A stretch of DNA of 64,000 nt from Deltaproteobacteria bacterium (GTDB lineage Bacteria > Myxococcota_A > UBA9160 > SMWR01), in assembly GCA_019310425.1 (NCBI GenBank), contig JAFDEI010000003.1, positions 9,221 to 73,220 on the forward strand, written 5' to 3'. The notes under the pieces are model-generated. The model did not search any database and was not told the DNA's origin. It saw only the letters and a list, made by a program, of their open reading frames with translations. Positions 53,458-63,839 of the stretch are shown here, one piece after another; position 1 is the first letter of the stretch; every line of letters starts with the position of its first letter. The position numbers and the translations under genes are program-made.

Positions 53458-53961
53458 ATGAGGAGAAACACCATGACGCAGTCGAATCCGTGGAAGATGG
53501 CAACCATCGCGATGATCGCGTCCCTCTTCGCCGCCCTGGTGAGCGGCGGCGTGGTCGCCAAGGTCTACAACACCGAGAACCAGCCCGAGGGCACGCCCGT
53601 GGTGATCTCCGAGCTGACCGAGACCGTGCCGGAGCCGGAGCCCGCCCCGGTCGTGGCCGCGGCCACCGCCCCGGCAGCCGCTCCGGCCCCGCACCGCAGC
53701 ATCGAGAACTGTGAGCACTATCGCTATCAGACCCATACCGATGGCGGCCGCGTGGTGAAGAACGGCCTGATCGGTGGCGCCCTCGGCGCCGGCCTCGGCG
53801 CAGCGGGTGGCGCGATCGGCGGCAACGCCGGCAAGGGTGCGGGCATCGGCGCCGCGGCAGGTGCCGTGGTCGGCTCCGGCTACACACTGCACGACGAGAG
53901 CAAGAAGAAGGACGCAGCCCGCCGCGCCTACAGCGCCTGCCTCGCCCGCAACGGTTACTAG
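53458..53961 (+). CDS. Glycine-zipper (YMGG/17-kDa antigen-like) membrane protein
   Basis: The TM segment is WKMATIAMIASLFAALVSGGVVA, followed by a Pro/Ala linker. The glycine zipper is GLIGGALGAGLGAAGGAIGGNAGKGAGIGAAAGAVVGSG. The start is more likely ATG 53473, which follows GAGGAG. Confidence 0.65.
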   Translation: MRRNTMTQSNPWKMATIAMIASLFAALVSGGVVAKVYNTENQPEGTPVVISELTETVPEPEPAPVVAAATAPAAAPAPHRSIENCEHYRYQTHTDGGRVVKNGLIGGALGAGLGAAGGAIGGNAGKGAGIGAAAGAVVGSGYTLHDESKKKDAARRAYSACLARNGY

Positions 53962-53995
53962 TTCGATCTCCCATCCTCCAGAGTCCGAACCAGCA

Positions 53996-54030
53996 GCGGC
54001 CGGGGTCCCTTACAGGGCCCGGCCGCTTTC
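53996..54030 (+). terminator. Intrinsic terminator candidate
   Basis: The GC-rich hairpin GCGGCCGGG(gt)CCCT-tac-AGGGCCCGGCCGC is followed by TTTC. It lies 35 nt downstream of the stop at 53961, in a convergent gap. Confidence 0.5.
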
Positions 54031-54155
54031 ACGTTCAAGGGCGCGGAGGCCGGCTCGAAGAATCGGCCTCAGCTCAGCCAGGCGAAGCCGAGCGTAGTGC
54101 GGGCCCCCGCCTTCAGTCGGGCGGATTCCCGGTTCACGCGACCAGGGCCGTCATC

Positions 54156-55484
54156 TCAGAACAGGTCTACGATGGCCTGCCATGTCGACGGAATCGCCTC
54201 GAGCAATGCAATCGCGAGCAGTGCGGGCGCGACGAAGCGAAGCAGCGTACGCCACAGCCCGAACCAGCGGATTCCGCTCGTGCCCACGGATGCCTCGGCA
54301 ACCGGGTCGTCCATCACCCAGCCCACGAAGACCGAGAGCGCGAGTCCGCCGCCGAGCAGGAAGAGGTTGTTCGCGATGGTGTCCACCACGCCGAGGAAGT
54401 TGGTGCTCCACGCGGACGGGATACCAAGCGCCGCGATAATCGCCCCCATCACCCATGCGGCGCGCCTGCGCGTCCAGCCGAGGCCATCGATGGTCGACGA
54501 GACCACGACTTCGAGCAATGAGACCGCTGAAGTCAGCGCGCCGACGATGAGCGAGGCGAAGAAGAGTACCCCTACGACCCGGCCGATGGCCCCCATGCTC
54601 GCGAAGGCCTGGGGCAGTGTGATGAAGAGTGCGCCGACCGTGCTCTCGCCGACCTTGTCCGCGAGCCCGAACGCGAAGATCACTGGAAACACCACGAGGC
54701 CGGCAATGAACGCGACACCGACATCGGCGCCCACGATCATGAGCGTCTCGTTCGGCAGGTGGTTGTCGCGGCCGAGGTAGCTGCCGAAGGTCAACATCGC
54801 CCCCATTCCCAGACTCAGGCTGAAGAATGCCTGCCCGGCCGCCTTGCTGAAGATCTCGAGCGACATCACCTCGCTCCAGTCCGGCTGCAGGTAGTGGCGA
54901 TAGCCGGGCGCACCGCCTTCGAGGGTGGCGGCGTAGAGCGCGAGGCCGCAGAGCAACACGAACAGCAATGGCATCAACACGATGGCGGAGCGCTCGATCC
55001 CACCCTTCACGCCGCCGGCCACGATCGCGATCGTGCCGAGCATGAACAGCAGGTGAAAGCCGAACGCGTCCCAACCCTGGGCGATTCCGCCGAAGGCGCC
55101 CTCGACCTCGGGCCCGAAGCCGGTCACCAGCGCAATGACGGCGTAGCGAATCGTCCAGCCCGCAATCACCCCGTAATAGGAGAGGATCAGGAAGCCCGCG
55201 GCGACGAACACCAGGCCGAGCGGCTTCCAGGCACTGCCACCGTAGTGCTGGAGCGCGCGAATCGGGCTCTTCTGCGAGCCGCGCCCCACCACGACCTCGG
55301 CCAGCAGGACCGGAAGGCCGACCATCGCAGTGACGGCGAGGTACAGCACGACGAACGCTGCGCCGCCGTTGTCGGAGGCGAGGTAGGAAAAGCGCCACAT
55401 GTTGCCCAGCCCGACCGCCGAACCGATGGCAGCCAGAATAAAGCCCGAACGACTGGACCAGCGTTCGCGTTGCGCGGCAGCCAT
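54156..55484 (-). CDS. Sodium-dependent transporter, neurotransmitter:sodium symporter (SNF) family
   Basis: I chose ATG 55484, after GGGGGA. The signature is RERWSSRSGFILAAIGSAVGLGNMWRFSYLASDNGGAAF. Confidence 0.9.
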   Translation of the reverse strand: MAAAQRERWSSRSGFILAAIGSAVGLGNMWRFSYLASDNGGAAFVVLYLAVTAMVGLPVLLAEVVVGRGSQKSPIRALQHYGGSAWKPLGLVFVAAGFLILSYYGVIAGWTIRYAVIALVTGFGPEVEGAFGGIAQGWDAFGFHLLFMLGTIAIVAGGVKGGIERSAIVLMPLLFVLLCGLALYAATLEGGAPGYRHYLQPDWSEVMSLEIFSKAAGQAFFSLSLGMGAMLTFGSYLGRDNHLPNETLMIVGADVGVAFIAGLVVFPVIFAFGLADKVGESTVGALFITLPQAFASMGAIGRVVGVLFFASLIVGALTSAVSLLEVVVSSTIDGLGWTRRRAAWVMGAIIAALGIPSAWSTNFLGVVDTIANNLFLLGGGLALSVFVGWVMDDPVAEASVGTSGIRWFGLWRTLLRFVAPALLAIALLEAIPSTWQAIVDLF

Positions 55485-55779
55485 GACGATTCCCCCTTGA
55501 ATCTGCAGCTTCCGAAATTCTGGAAGCGGGTCGATCGAATCGGCGGAGGATGGCGTCGCAGGGGGACTGTGACGAGAGGTGGCGAGCATACAACGCCGAT
55601 CGGAGACTCGCCGCGTCTGTTGGGCTCGCGCATCGGCCACAGACGGGGCAACGTCTCGCTATGATGGCCGCCCCTTCCACGCTCCGACGCATTTCCTCGA
55701 GCCGAGCAGTCCGGGGCGGACCGGGCGACAGGGCAGGTCCGCCTCTGCCCCCGACCGCCGAATCACGGGAGTCGATACA

Positions 55780-56541
55780 GTGAGTAGAAATGACCGCATC
55801 CACCTCCTGCTCGCCACGGCGCTCGCCGTCGGCGCGTGGACCGGCGCACGAGCCGAGAGCGAAGCGCCCGAACCAGCCCGAATGCCCGAGACACAGCAGA
55901 CTGAGATGCAACCAGCCGGAACGCCCGAGACGCAACCGGCCGCGGTGCCTTCGCCGCCCGCGCCGATGCCGGTCGGCAACGTCGCCGATGGGAAAGTCGC
56001 ATACGACGTCTGCGCGGTCTGTCACCTCGAGAATGGGGCCGGTCGCCCCGACGGCATTTTTCCGCAGCTGGCGGGCCAGCATGCAAGCGTGACCTACCGG
56101 CAGATTGCCGACACCCGCGATGGGCGGCGAACGAACCCGATCATGTGTCCGTTCGCGGCGACACTGACGGACTCCCAGGTTCTCGCGGACCTCGCGAGCT
56201 ACATCGAATCGCTGCCACTGCCCCTGGACAACGGCAAGGGACCGGGGATCGACTACGCGATGGGTGCGGAGCTCTACGCGCGTGACTGTGCCGATTGCCA
56301 CGGAGACCGCGGGCAAGGCAATGCTGAGCGACTCATGCCGATGATCGCGAGCCAGCACTTCGCCTACGTCGCGCGGCAGATCGACGACATCTCCGGGCGA
56401 CACCGCGAAAACGCCGACCCAAGAATGGTTGGGGTCGCTTGGACCTACTCGCAGCGGGAGCGCGAAGCGGTCGCAGACTTCATCTCGCGGCTCGAAGAAG
56501 CCCAACAGCTGGTTCCCAACCCCGAAGCAGTACCCGAGTAA
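55780..56541 (+). CDS. Di-heme cytochrome c (c4-like), secreted
   Basis: GTG 55780 follows GGGAG. The signal is LLLATALAVGAWTGARA. Two CXXCH motifs are present (CAVCH, CADCH), each with a downstream Met-containing segment. Confidence 0.8.
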   Translation: MSRNDRIHLLLATALAVGAWTGARAESEAPEPARMPETQQTEMQPAGTPETQPAAVPSPPAPMPVGNVADGKVAYDVCAVCHLENGAGRPDGIFPQLAGQHASVTYRQIADTRDGRRTNPIMCPFAATLTDSQVLADLASYIESLPLPLDNGKGPGIDYAMGAELYARDCADCHGDRGQGNAERLMPMIASQHFAYVARQIDDISGRHRENADPRMVGVAWTYSQREREAVADFISRLEEAQQLVPNPEAVPE

Positions 56542-56570
56542 CCAGAGTCGCGCGACGGCCCCGGAGAAGA

Positions 56571-58055
56571 ATGGGTAGCGAAATCGACAGGGAGGAGTTC
56601 CTCGACGAGGACTATCAGCGCTTCAGCCTGCGGTTGCAGCACTGCCTGATCGCACTGCGAGAGCTGCTCGGGCGCCCCGATTTCGGCTGCGGGCCGGCGT
56701 CGATCGGCGCTGAGCTCGAATTTGCGCTGGTCGACGCGGATGCGCGGCCATTACCGCTGAACCACAAGATCGTCGGCGAAACCATCGACCCACGCATCAC
56801 CGTCGAACTCGACCGCTTCAACCTCGAATGCAACATGAATCCGACTTCGCTCGCGGGCCGCCCGCTCACATTTCTGCACCAGGAGATCGACAACTCGCTG
56901 TTCGAGGTTCGCCGCGCGGCAGCGGAACACGACGGACGAATCGCAGTAATCGGTATCTTGCCCACCCTGCGCGCGGACGACCTGCAATCGTCCGCGATGA
57001 CCGACAACCCACGCTACCGCGCGCTTTCGGCTGCACTGCGGCGCATCCGCCATGAGCCATTCGGTGTCCACATCACCGGCAAGGATACGCTCGAGATCGA
57101 GTGCGACGACGTCACCTACGAGGGCGCCGCGACCTCGCTCCAGATCCACCTGCGCGTCGCCCCGAAGGACTTTTCGGCGATCTTCAATGCGACCCAACTC
57201 GCCACGGGGCCGGTGCTCGCAGCCGCGGGAAACTCACCGACGTTTCTCGGACGCCGGCTCTGGGACGAAACACGCGTGGCCCTGTTCAAGCAGGCGGTCG
57301 ACGACCGCGACGCGCGCGGGCGCCGGGCGCGACGCACGGCGCGCGTATCGTTCGGATCCGACTGGCTGGCGGACGGTGCCTGGGAACTCTTCGCCCAGGC
57401 GGTCGCGCTGCACGAAGTGCTGCTGCCCATACTCTCCGACGAAGATCCGCTCGCGACCGTGATGGCAGGCCGAATTCCCGAACTCGAGGAGGTTCGGATG
57501 CACCAGGGGACGGTGTGGAGCTGGAACCGCCCGATCTATGATTCCGCCGACGGTGGCCACCTGCGCATCGAAATGCGTGCATTGCCCGCGGGCCCGACCA
57601 CGGTCGACATGCTCGCCAACACCGCATTCCTCGTCGGCCTTTCACTCGGGCTGGCGCCTCGGATCGACACGACCCTGGCCCGGTTCCCGTTCGAGCAGGC
57701 CAAACAGAACTTCTACCGGGGCGCACAGACCGGTCTCGATGCGGAAATCTGCTGGCCCGATAGTTCGGGCCAGGTGCGCAGAGAGACCGCCGGGACGCTG
57801 ATTCCACGGCTGCTGCCGATCGCACGCGAGGGCCTGCTCGAGGCCGGTGTCGCGTCGGGCGAAGCCGACGCGTTTCTCGCAGTGATCGAGGATCGGGTCG
57901 CGGCGCGCCAGACCGGTGCCACCTGGCAGCGACGCGTGCTCGCGAACCTCGAAGCGCAACACGAACGACGGAACGCGCTCGCGATGATGCTCGAGCGCTA
58001 TCTCGTACACTCCGAAGCCGGCAACCCCGTGCACACCTGGCCAATCGATGGTTGA
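56571..58055 (+). CDS. Glutamate-cysteine ligase family 2 (GCS2) / carboxylate-amine ligase-like protein
   Basis: ATG 56571 follows GGAGAAGA. SIGAELEFALVD...ELDRFNLECN...GILPTL...SLQIHLRV resembles the GCS2/YbdK-type fold. At 494 aa it is longer than the YbdK proteins I recall. Confidence 0.65.
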   Translation: MGSEIDREEFLDEDYQRFSLRLQHCLIALRELLGRPDFGCGPASIGAELEFALVDADARPLPLNHKIVGETIDPRITVELDRFNLECNMNPTSLAGRPLTFLHQEIDNSLFEVRRAAAEHDGRIAVIGILPTLRADDLQSSAMTDNPRYRALSAALRRIRHEPFGVHITGKDTLEIECDDVTYEGAATSLQIHLRVAPKDFSAIFNATQLATGPVLAAAGNSPTFLGRRLWDETRVALFKQAVDDRDARGRRARRTARVSFGSDWLADGAWELFAQAVALHEVLLPILSDEDPLATVMAGRIPELEEVRMHQGTVWSWNRPIYDSADGGHLRIEMRALPAGPTTVDMLANTAFLVGLSLGLAPRIDTTLARFPFEQAKQNFYRGAQTGLDAEICWPDSSGQVRRETAGTLIPRLLPIAREGLLEAGVASGEADAFLAVIEDRVAARQTGATWQRRVLANLEAQHERRNALAMMLERYLVHSEAGNPVHTWPIDG

Positions 58056-59097
58056 CGAAGCCGACCAGGCGATTCCGCTCCGCGTACTCGAACGCGAACT
58101 CGCATTGCCGAAGGCGCGCATCCCGCCAACCGCCGAGGAATTCCTGGAATTGCTCGCGGTGCCGACCCTGATCTCGGTCAAGGGCCAGGACACCAGCCGC
58201 ACCCGAATCGTTTCGACGCTGCTGCACGGCAACGAGCCTTCAGGCCTGCGTGCGATTCGGAGCTGGCTCGCGACCGGACGCATCCCGGCCGTCAACACCC
58301 TGTTGTTCATCGGCGCGGTTCGCACCGCGCGGCTTCCGCCAGGTTTCGCGTATCGCTTCCTGCCGGGTCGCATCGATTTGAACCGCTGCTGGTTCCCGCC
58401 CCACACGGGCCGCGTGGGTGAGTTTGCGGGCGAGGTGCTGCGGTTGTTCAACCAGGCCCTTCCGGAGTCGTTGATCGACCTCCACAACAACACCGGCCAC
58501 AACCCACCTTACGGCGTCAGCCCTCGGATCGGCCCCGAAGAGCGAAACCTCGTGGCGTACTTCGCCGATCGCGTCGTTCACAGCCCGCTCCGCCTCGGCA
58601 CTCTCGTCGAAGCCACCCAGGCCGACTTCCCGAGTGTGACGATCGAGTGCGGTCGCTCGCGCGACCCGATTGCGGACGCGACCGCACTCGCGGGCCTCGA
58701 ACGCTACCTGCACGACCACCGCTCCGAACACCTCGCCGCAGATCCGCCGTCGATGGAGATACTCACCAATCCCCAGCGCGTAACAGTTCGCGACGGCGTC
58801 GATCTCGCTTTCGGCGAGGGTCCGGTCGCAGATGCGGAGTTCACAGTCGCGCGTGATATCGACCGCCACAACTTCGAGCGGCTCGAGCCCGGTGTTCCGA
58901 TCGGCTGGCTCGCTGCGGACGCCGGCTGGCCGATCGAAGCCGTCGGGCCGGATGGTCGCGACGTCTCCCGAGAGCTGTTCACCTTGCGCAAAGAGGTCCT
59001 CGAAACGCGACGCGCCATCACGCCGATCATGATGACGACGAACCGCCGCAACGCGCTCGACGACTGCTTGTTCTACGTGGTCGATCCACCGGAATGA
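58048..59097 (+). CDS. Succinylglutamate desuccinylase/aspartoacylase (AstE/AspA, M14-like) family protein
   Basis: The zinc motif is LLHGNEPSG (HXXE), and IDLHNNTGHNPPYG follows. The start overlaps the GCS2 gene end by 8 nt. Confidence 0.75.
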   Translation: MVDEADQAIPLRVLERELALPKARIPPTAEEFLELLAVPTLISVKGQDTSRTRIVSTLLHGNEPSGLRAIRSWLATGRIPAVNTLLFIGAVRTARLPPGFAYRFLPGRIDLNRCWFPPHTGRVGEFAGEVLRLFNQALPESLIDLHNNTGHNPPYGVSPRIGPEERNLVAYFADRVVHSPLRLGTLVEATQADFPSVTIECGRSRDPIADATALAGLERYLHDHRSEHLAADPPSMEILTNPQRVTVRDGVDLAFGEGPVADAEFTVARDIDRHNFERLEPGVPIGWLAADAGWPIEAVGPDGRDVSRELFTLRKEVLETRRAITPIMMTTNRRNALDDCLFYVVDPPE

Positions 59098-59193
59098 GCC
59101 ACGGCCGAGGCTGGGCCAGTTCGCGCCGACGGACTCGAACCGGTCCGTTGAATTCGTGCAGTAGCTGGTGATTCCGGCACGGCCTTCTTCGGG

Positions 59194-60978
59194 TCAGCCG
59201 AGAGAGCGCTCACCCGCTTCGATCTGGTGGTATAGCTGCTCGTCCAGCGGAGCATAGGACTCGCCGTCGAACAGGTACAAGCGATCGGGGATCTTGTTGG
59301 GGTCGAACCCCTCGCTGCGATAGTCGACCTTCTGATGCTTGAAGGTCCCCGTCACACGCATCTCGGCCTGTAGCAAGCGCACGAACAGCGGGTGCTGGTA
59401 CCCCGGCAGTCGCTCGCTGACGAAGCGCCCGAAGCTTTTGAGGCTGAAATCGTCGGCGACCTGGAGCGCCGCCATTCCCGCACGCCCTTCGGCGTGGGGA
59501 ATCTTGACGCCATACACATTGGCTTCGAGCACACCGTCGGCCTCGCCGAGGATGCTCGACACCTCGGCGGTCGAGACATTTTCCCCCTTCCAGCGAAAAG
59601 TATCTCCGACGCGATCCGCGAAGGACAACCACTTGCCTTCGTGCAGCTGCAACAGATCACCGCTGTTGAAGAAACGATCGCCCGACTCGAAGACGTCCGT
59701 AACGATCTTATTGTCAGTTGCATCTCGGTCGACGTAGCCGTCGAATGTGACCACCGGCGAGAGACGGCCAAGCAACAGACCGGTACCACCGGGCCGGACT
59801 TTCTCGCAGAAGCCATTCTCGTCCTGCAGCAGTTCGCCCGTCTCCTCGTCACAACGAACCAGCGCCTGTCCCGGTATCATCCGGCCGACCATCCGCGGTC
59901 GGCCGCTCAGGTTCATCAGCGCCGCATTGCCTTCGGTCGAGCCGTAGAACTCGCGAATCACCGGGATTCCGAAACGCTCCTGAAACGGCTCCCAGATATC
60001 AGGTGCCATACCGTTCCCGACGCCAACACGCAGTCGATGATCGCGATCGCCTTCCCGTGGCTCTGCATTCAGCAGGTAGCGACAAAGCTCGCCGATATAG
60101 AGGAACGACGTGGCCTCGAACTTGCGCACATCGTTCCAGAATCCGGAAGCCGAGAACTTCCGACGGAGCGCAACCGCAGCGCCGGTACCGAGTGCGGCAC
60201 CCAGGCCGAGGAACATCGCGCTCGAGTGGTAGAGCGGCAGCGGAACGTAGATGACATCACCGGGCCCACAGCGATGCATCAATCGCCCAAAGGCGATGCC
60301 CGCACCCAGCATGCGCTGATTGCGAATGATCGCCGCCTTGGGGAGCCCCGTGGTGCCCGAAGTATAGATGTAGCAATAGACATCGCTGGTGCGGGGAAGC
60401 CGTGAATCGCCCCACTGCTCGCTACTCGCTGCAGAGATCTCGTCATTGATCGCGAACGCGCCACCACGAGGGGCATCTCCCGCTTCGACCTGGACGCAGA
60501 GATCTTCTGGCGCCGCGACGGCATCGAGTTCGGGAATTACATCGAGTACCGCACCCTGGTGTTCGCTTCCGACGAGCACCAGCTTCGCACCGCTGACATT
60601 GATGCCGTGCGTGAGCGCCTGAGCAGTCAGCTTGGTGTTGATCAGCGCGCTCGACGCTCCAAGTTTGCTGAGCGCGAGCACGATGAACACGAAGTCCGGC
60701 CGGTTGTCCATCATCAGCGCAACTACGTCTTCGCGCCCGACACCGCGCTTCGCAAACCAGGACGCGTAACGGTTTGCGCTCGCATTCAGATCGCTCCAGC
60801 TGATTCTCTCGTCGAGGCAGGCCAACGCCAGGCCATCGGGCAATTTCCTGGCCCAATGCTCCACAAGCCGTGCAGGACTGGATCTTCCGTTGGGCAGGAG
60901 CTTCGGAACATCCCGCACGAGCCGGGCGACGCCCCGGAACGTGCTCCACATCTGCGCCGCTCTCCGTTCGGCCGCCAT
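59194..60978 (-). CDS. Long-chain acyl-CoA synthetase, FATP-like
   Basis: Motifs are YIYTSGTTGLPKAAIIRNQRM, YGSTEGN, SGDLLQLHEGKWLSFADRVGDTFRWKGENVST and TGTFKHQK. I chose the internal ATG at 60978; 60951 is an alternative. Confidence 0.85.
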   Translation of the reverse strand: MAAERRAAQMWSTFRGVARLVRDVPKLLPNGRSSPARLVEHWARKLPDGLALACLDERISWSDLNASANRYASWFAKRGVGREDVVALMMDNRPDFVFIVLALSKLGASSALINTKLTAQALTHGINVSGAKLVLVGSEHQGAVLDVIPELDAVAAPEDLCVQVEAGDAPRGGAFAINDEISAASSEQWGDSRLPRTSDVYCYIYTSGTTGLPKAAIIRNQRMLGAGIAFGRLMHRCGPGDVIYVPLPLYHSSAMFLGLGAALGTGAAVALRRKFSASGFWNDVRKFEATSFLYIGELCRYLLNAEPREGDRDHRLRVGVGNGMAPDIWEPFQERFGIPVIREFYGSTEGNAALMNLSGRPRMVGRMIPGQALVRCDEETGELLQDENGFCEKVRPGGTGLLLGRLSPVVTFDGYVDRDATDNKIVTDVFESGDRFFNSGDLLQLHEGKWLSFADRVGDTFRWKGENVSTAEVSSILGEADGVLEANVYGVKIPHAEGRAGMAALQVADDFSLKSFGRFVSERLPGYQHPLFVRLLQAEMRVTGTFKHQKVDYRSEGFDPNKIPDRLYLFDGESYAPLDEQLYHQIEAGERSLG

Positions 60979-61111
60979 CTTCGTGTACCTTCCAGTCTGA
61001 GGATTCGAGCCCGGGGTTCGAGCATACACATTCGGCGACCGTGGAGCGTACGCGCCGCGGGACGGAATAACCTCAATAGGGCCAATAAGCACCAACAGGC
61101 AGGGAGGCCCC

Positions 61112-63718
61112 GTGGCCGCACGGAAGAACGCGACGCGTCCGAAGCACCGACTCGACCCGGGTGTCCGCCCCGACCGCGTCCGCCTCCATGTCGACATCGA
61201 CCCCGCCTCGGGACGCGGCTTCCGCGGCGAAGTCGAGATCCGCCTCCAACTCGACGCGGCGCGATCGACGCTGCGCCTGCACGCGGCCGAACTCCGCGTG
61301 AGCCGCGCACGCCTCCGGATGGACGACGGCAGCGGTCGCAGGCTGCGCGCAAAGATCGTGGCGGAACCAAAGCTGGAGATGATCGCATTGCGGTTCGATG
61401 AGAAGATCCCCGCCGGCGCGGCGACGCTGACCCTCGCGTTCTCAGGAAAGTTGCGAAGCGACCTCTGCGGCCTCTACGGCGTCTCGGTCGGCAAGCGCGA
61501 ATACGCCTTCACCCAGCTCGAAGCAACCGATGCACGCAAGTTCTTCCCGTGCTTCGACGAGCCGACGATGAAGGCACGGTTCGAAATCTCGGTCACGACT
61601 GCCCGAGCAAACACCGTGATCTCGAACGCACCAGTCGCGCGAACCGAAATCGCGGCCGACCACCGCAAGACTGTTCACTTCGCCGCGACACCGCCGCTTT
61701 CCACCTACTTGATCGCACTAGCCGTGGGCGAACTGGAATCGTCGCGCGTCGTCCGCGCCGGGCCGACCGCGATCCGGCTCTGGCACACTCCCGGCAAGGG
61801 GCATCTCACCCGGTTCGGACTCGAGGCCACCCGCGCGTGCTTGATCCGGCTCGAGCGCTATTTCGACCTCTGGTACCCATACGCGAAACTCGACATGGTT
61901 GCGGTTCCTGACTTCGAGTTCGGCGCAATGGAAAACGCGGGCGCGGTCTTCTTCCGAGAGACACTGCTGCTCGTCGATCCGGACCGCGCAACGCTCGGCG
62001 AGAAGAAGCGCGCGGCCGAGGTAATTTGCCACGAGCTCGCTCACATGTGGTACGGCGACCTCGTGACGATGGCATGGTGGGACGACCTGTGGTTGAACGA
62101 GGCGTTTGCGACCTGGATGGCGTTCCGAATCGTCGACGAGTGGAAGCCCGAGTGGAAGATGTGGCACGACTTCCAGCACGGAAGGGCCGCCGCGATGAAG
62201 CAGGATGCTCTGCGACACACCCACCCGATCTACTGCACGGTGAACACGGCCGAGGAAGCCAACGAGAACTTCGACCTGATCACCTACGAAAAGGGTGCGT
62301 CGGTCGTCCGCATGCTCGAACGCTACCTGGGCCCGGCAAAGTTTCGCAGGGGTGTGCGTGCGTACATTCGCAGGCACCGTGAGAGCAACACCGTGGCCGC
62401 AGACCTCTGGCGGGCCCTGTCACAGGCCTCCGGCGTGGACGTCGAGTCAATCGCTCGTTCGTGGATCGAGCAGGAAGGATATCCGGTCATCGAGCACACC
62501 GTCGTCGAACGCGACGACGGGTTCTATCTCCAATTGCGGCAGGATCGTTTCTACCAGCAGCCTCCGAAGCAGCCCTCGACCGGGAAGTGGGCCGTACCGT
62601 GGGTCGGCCGCGTCGGCCGCAGCCGCTCGGGTGGTGGTCAACTCGTCCGCCACTTGCTCACGCGCAAGCGCGACCGTATCTCACTCGGCAAACGCCGGCC
62701 GCGCTTCGTCTACGGCAACGCGAACGAAGGCGGCTTCTTCCGCCCCGCGCACGGGCTGCGCGAACTCGAGGCACTCGGGAATGCACTGCCGTCGCTTGCC
62801 GCAGTGGAGCGTATGGGCCTCGTCGATCACCAGTGGGCACTGGTGTGCGCGGGTCGTGCGCCGATCGGCGCACTCCTCGATCTCGCTGCAGACCTCGCAG
62901 ACGAATGCGACCCTGACGTACTCGCCGCGTTGCGGCAGCCGCTCGCGTTCATCGCCCACACGTTGATCCCCGATGCTGCCTCCGCCGAAGACGAGCCATT
63001 CCGTAGATGGCTGCAGGACACCTACGGGCCCGCATTTGCGCAATTGGGCTGGACCCCGGCCCGAAACGAGCCCGACGACGTGCGCGTTCGACGCGCCGTA
63101 CTGCTGGCGATCGTGGGCGGCGCAGCCGCATCCGATACGCTCGTGCGCAAGGCGACCGAGCGCTGTGACGCCTACCTGACGAACCGCCGCTCGCTGGACG
63201 CCAATCTCACCGATGGAGTCGTCGCCATTGCGGCGCGTCACGGGGGGAAGAGCCGCTACCGGCGCTACCTCTCGGCAGCGCGCGCTTCCGACACACCGCA
63301 GGAGAAGCGGCGTTTCCTGCTCGCCACGGCCGACTTCCGCGACCCGGATCAGATTGACGAAACTCTCACCATGTCGCTCACCGATCGAGTGCCCACGCAA
63401 GACATCATCTTCCTCCTGGGCCGGCTGATGGCGAACCCCGCGGCTCGCGAACGCACCTGGTCGTTCATCAAACGCCGTTGGCCGAAGCTCCAAAAACGGA
63501 TGCCCTCACTCTTCGCGGGTCGGCTGATCGAAGCCACGCCGAGTCTCCTCACCGCTGCGCACCGCAAAGACGTCGCGGCCTTCTTCCGCAAGAACCCGGT
63601 GCCGAGCGGCGACCGTGCGCTGCGTCAGGCGCTCGAGCGCTTCGACTGGTACCGCGGCTTCCGTCGTGGCGCAGCCACTGACCTGCACGATTGGCTCGAA
63701 AAGGGACCTGCACATTGA
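61112..63718 (+). CDS. pepN: M1 family aminopeptidase N
   Basis: The exopeptidase motif is GAMENAG. The zinc site is HELAHMWYGDLVTMAWWDDLWLNEAF (HEXXH-X18-E). 868 aa. GTG start follows GGGAGG. Confidence 0.88.
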   Translation: MAARKNATRPKHRLDPGVRPDRVRLHVDIDPASGRGFRGEVEIRLQLDAARSTLRLHAAELRVSRARLRMDDGSGRRLRAKIVAEPKLEMIALRFDEKIPAGAATLTLAFSGKLRSDLCGLYGVSVGKREYAFTQLEATDARKFFPCFDEPTMKARFEISVTTARANTVISNAPVARTEIAADHRKTVHFAATPPLSTYLIALAVGELESSRVVRAGPTAIRLWHTPGKGHLTRFGLEATRACLIRLERYFDLWYPYAKLDMVAVPDFEFGAMENAGAVFFRETLLLVDPDRATLGEKKRAAEVICHELAHMWYGDLVTMAWWDDLWLNEAFATWMAFRIVDEWKPEWKMWHDFQHGRAAAMKQDALRHTHPIYCTVNTAEEANENFDLITYEKGASVVRMLERYLGPAKFRRGVRAYIRRHRESNTVAADLWRALSQASGVDVESIARSWIEQEGYPVIEHTVVERDDGFYLQLRQDRFYQQPPKQPSTGKWAVPWVGRVGRSRSGGGQLVRHLLTRKRDRISLGKRRPRFVYGNANEGGFFRPAHGLRELEALGNALPSLAAVERMGLVDHQWALVCAGRAPIGALLDLAADLADECDPDVLAALRQPLAFIAHTLIPDAASAEDEPFRRWLQDTYGPAFAQLGWTPARNEPDDVRVRRAVLLAIVGGAAASDTLVRKATERCDAYLTNRRSLDANLTDGVVAIAARHGGKSRYRRYLSAARASDTPQEKRRFLLATADFRDPDQIDETLTMSLTDRVPTQDIIFLLGRLMANPAARERTWSFIKRRWPKLQKRMPSLFAGRLIEATPSLLTAAHRKDVAAFFRKNPVPSGDRALRQALERFDWYRGFRRGAATDLHDWLEKGPAH

Positions 63719-63839
63719 AGCACTGTAGGAATCATCCGCCGGGACCGCATTATCGCTACCACCCGCAGCATTCCCATTGCATTGTGAGGAAAATCGCCCG
63801 GCGGGGGTAATTCTCGAACCGCGGAACGTCGAAATAGCG

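Noticed and set aside
59129-59148. Hairpin ACGGAC-N8-GTCCGT in the convergent gap between the AstE-like and FATP-like genes, considered as a bidirectional terminator.
   Set aside because: The stem is only 6 bp with an 8-nt loop and there is no clear T/A tracts on either side.
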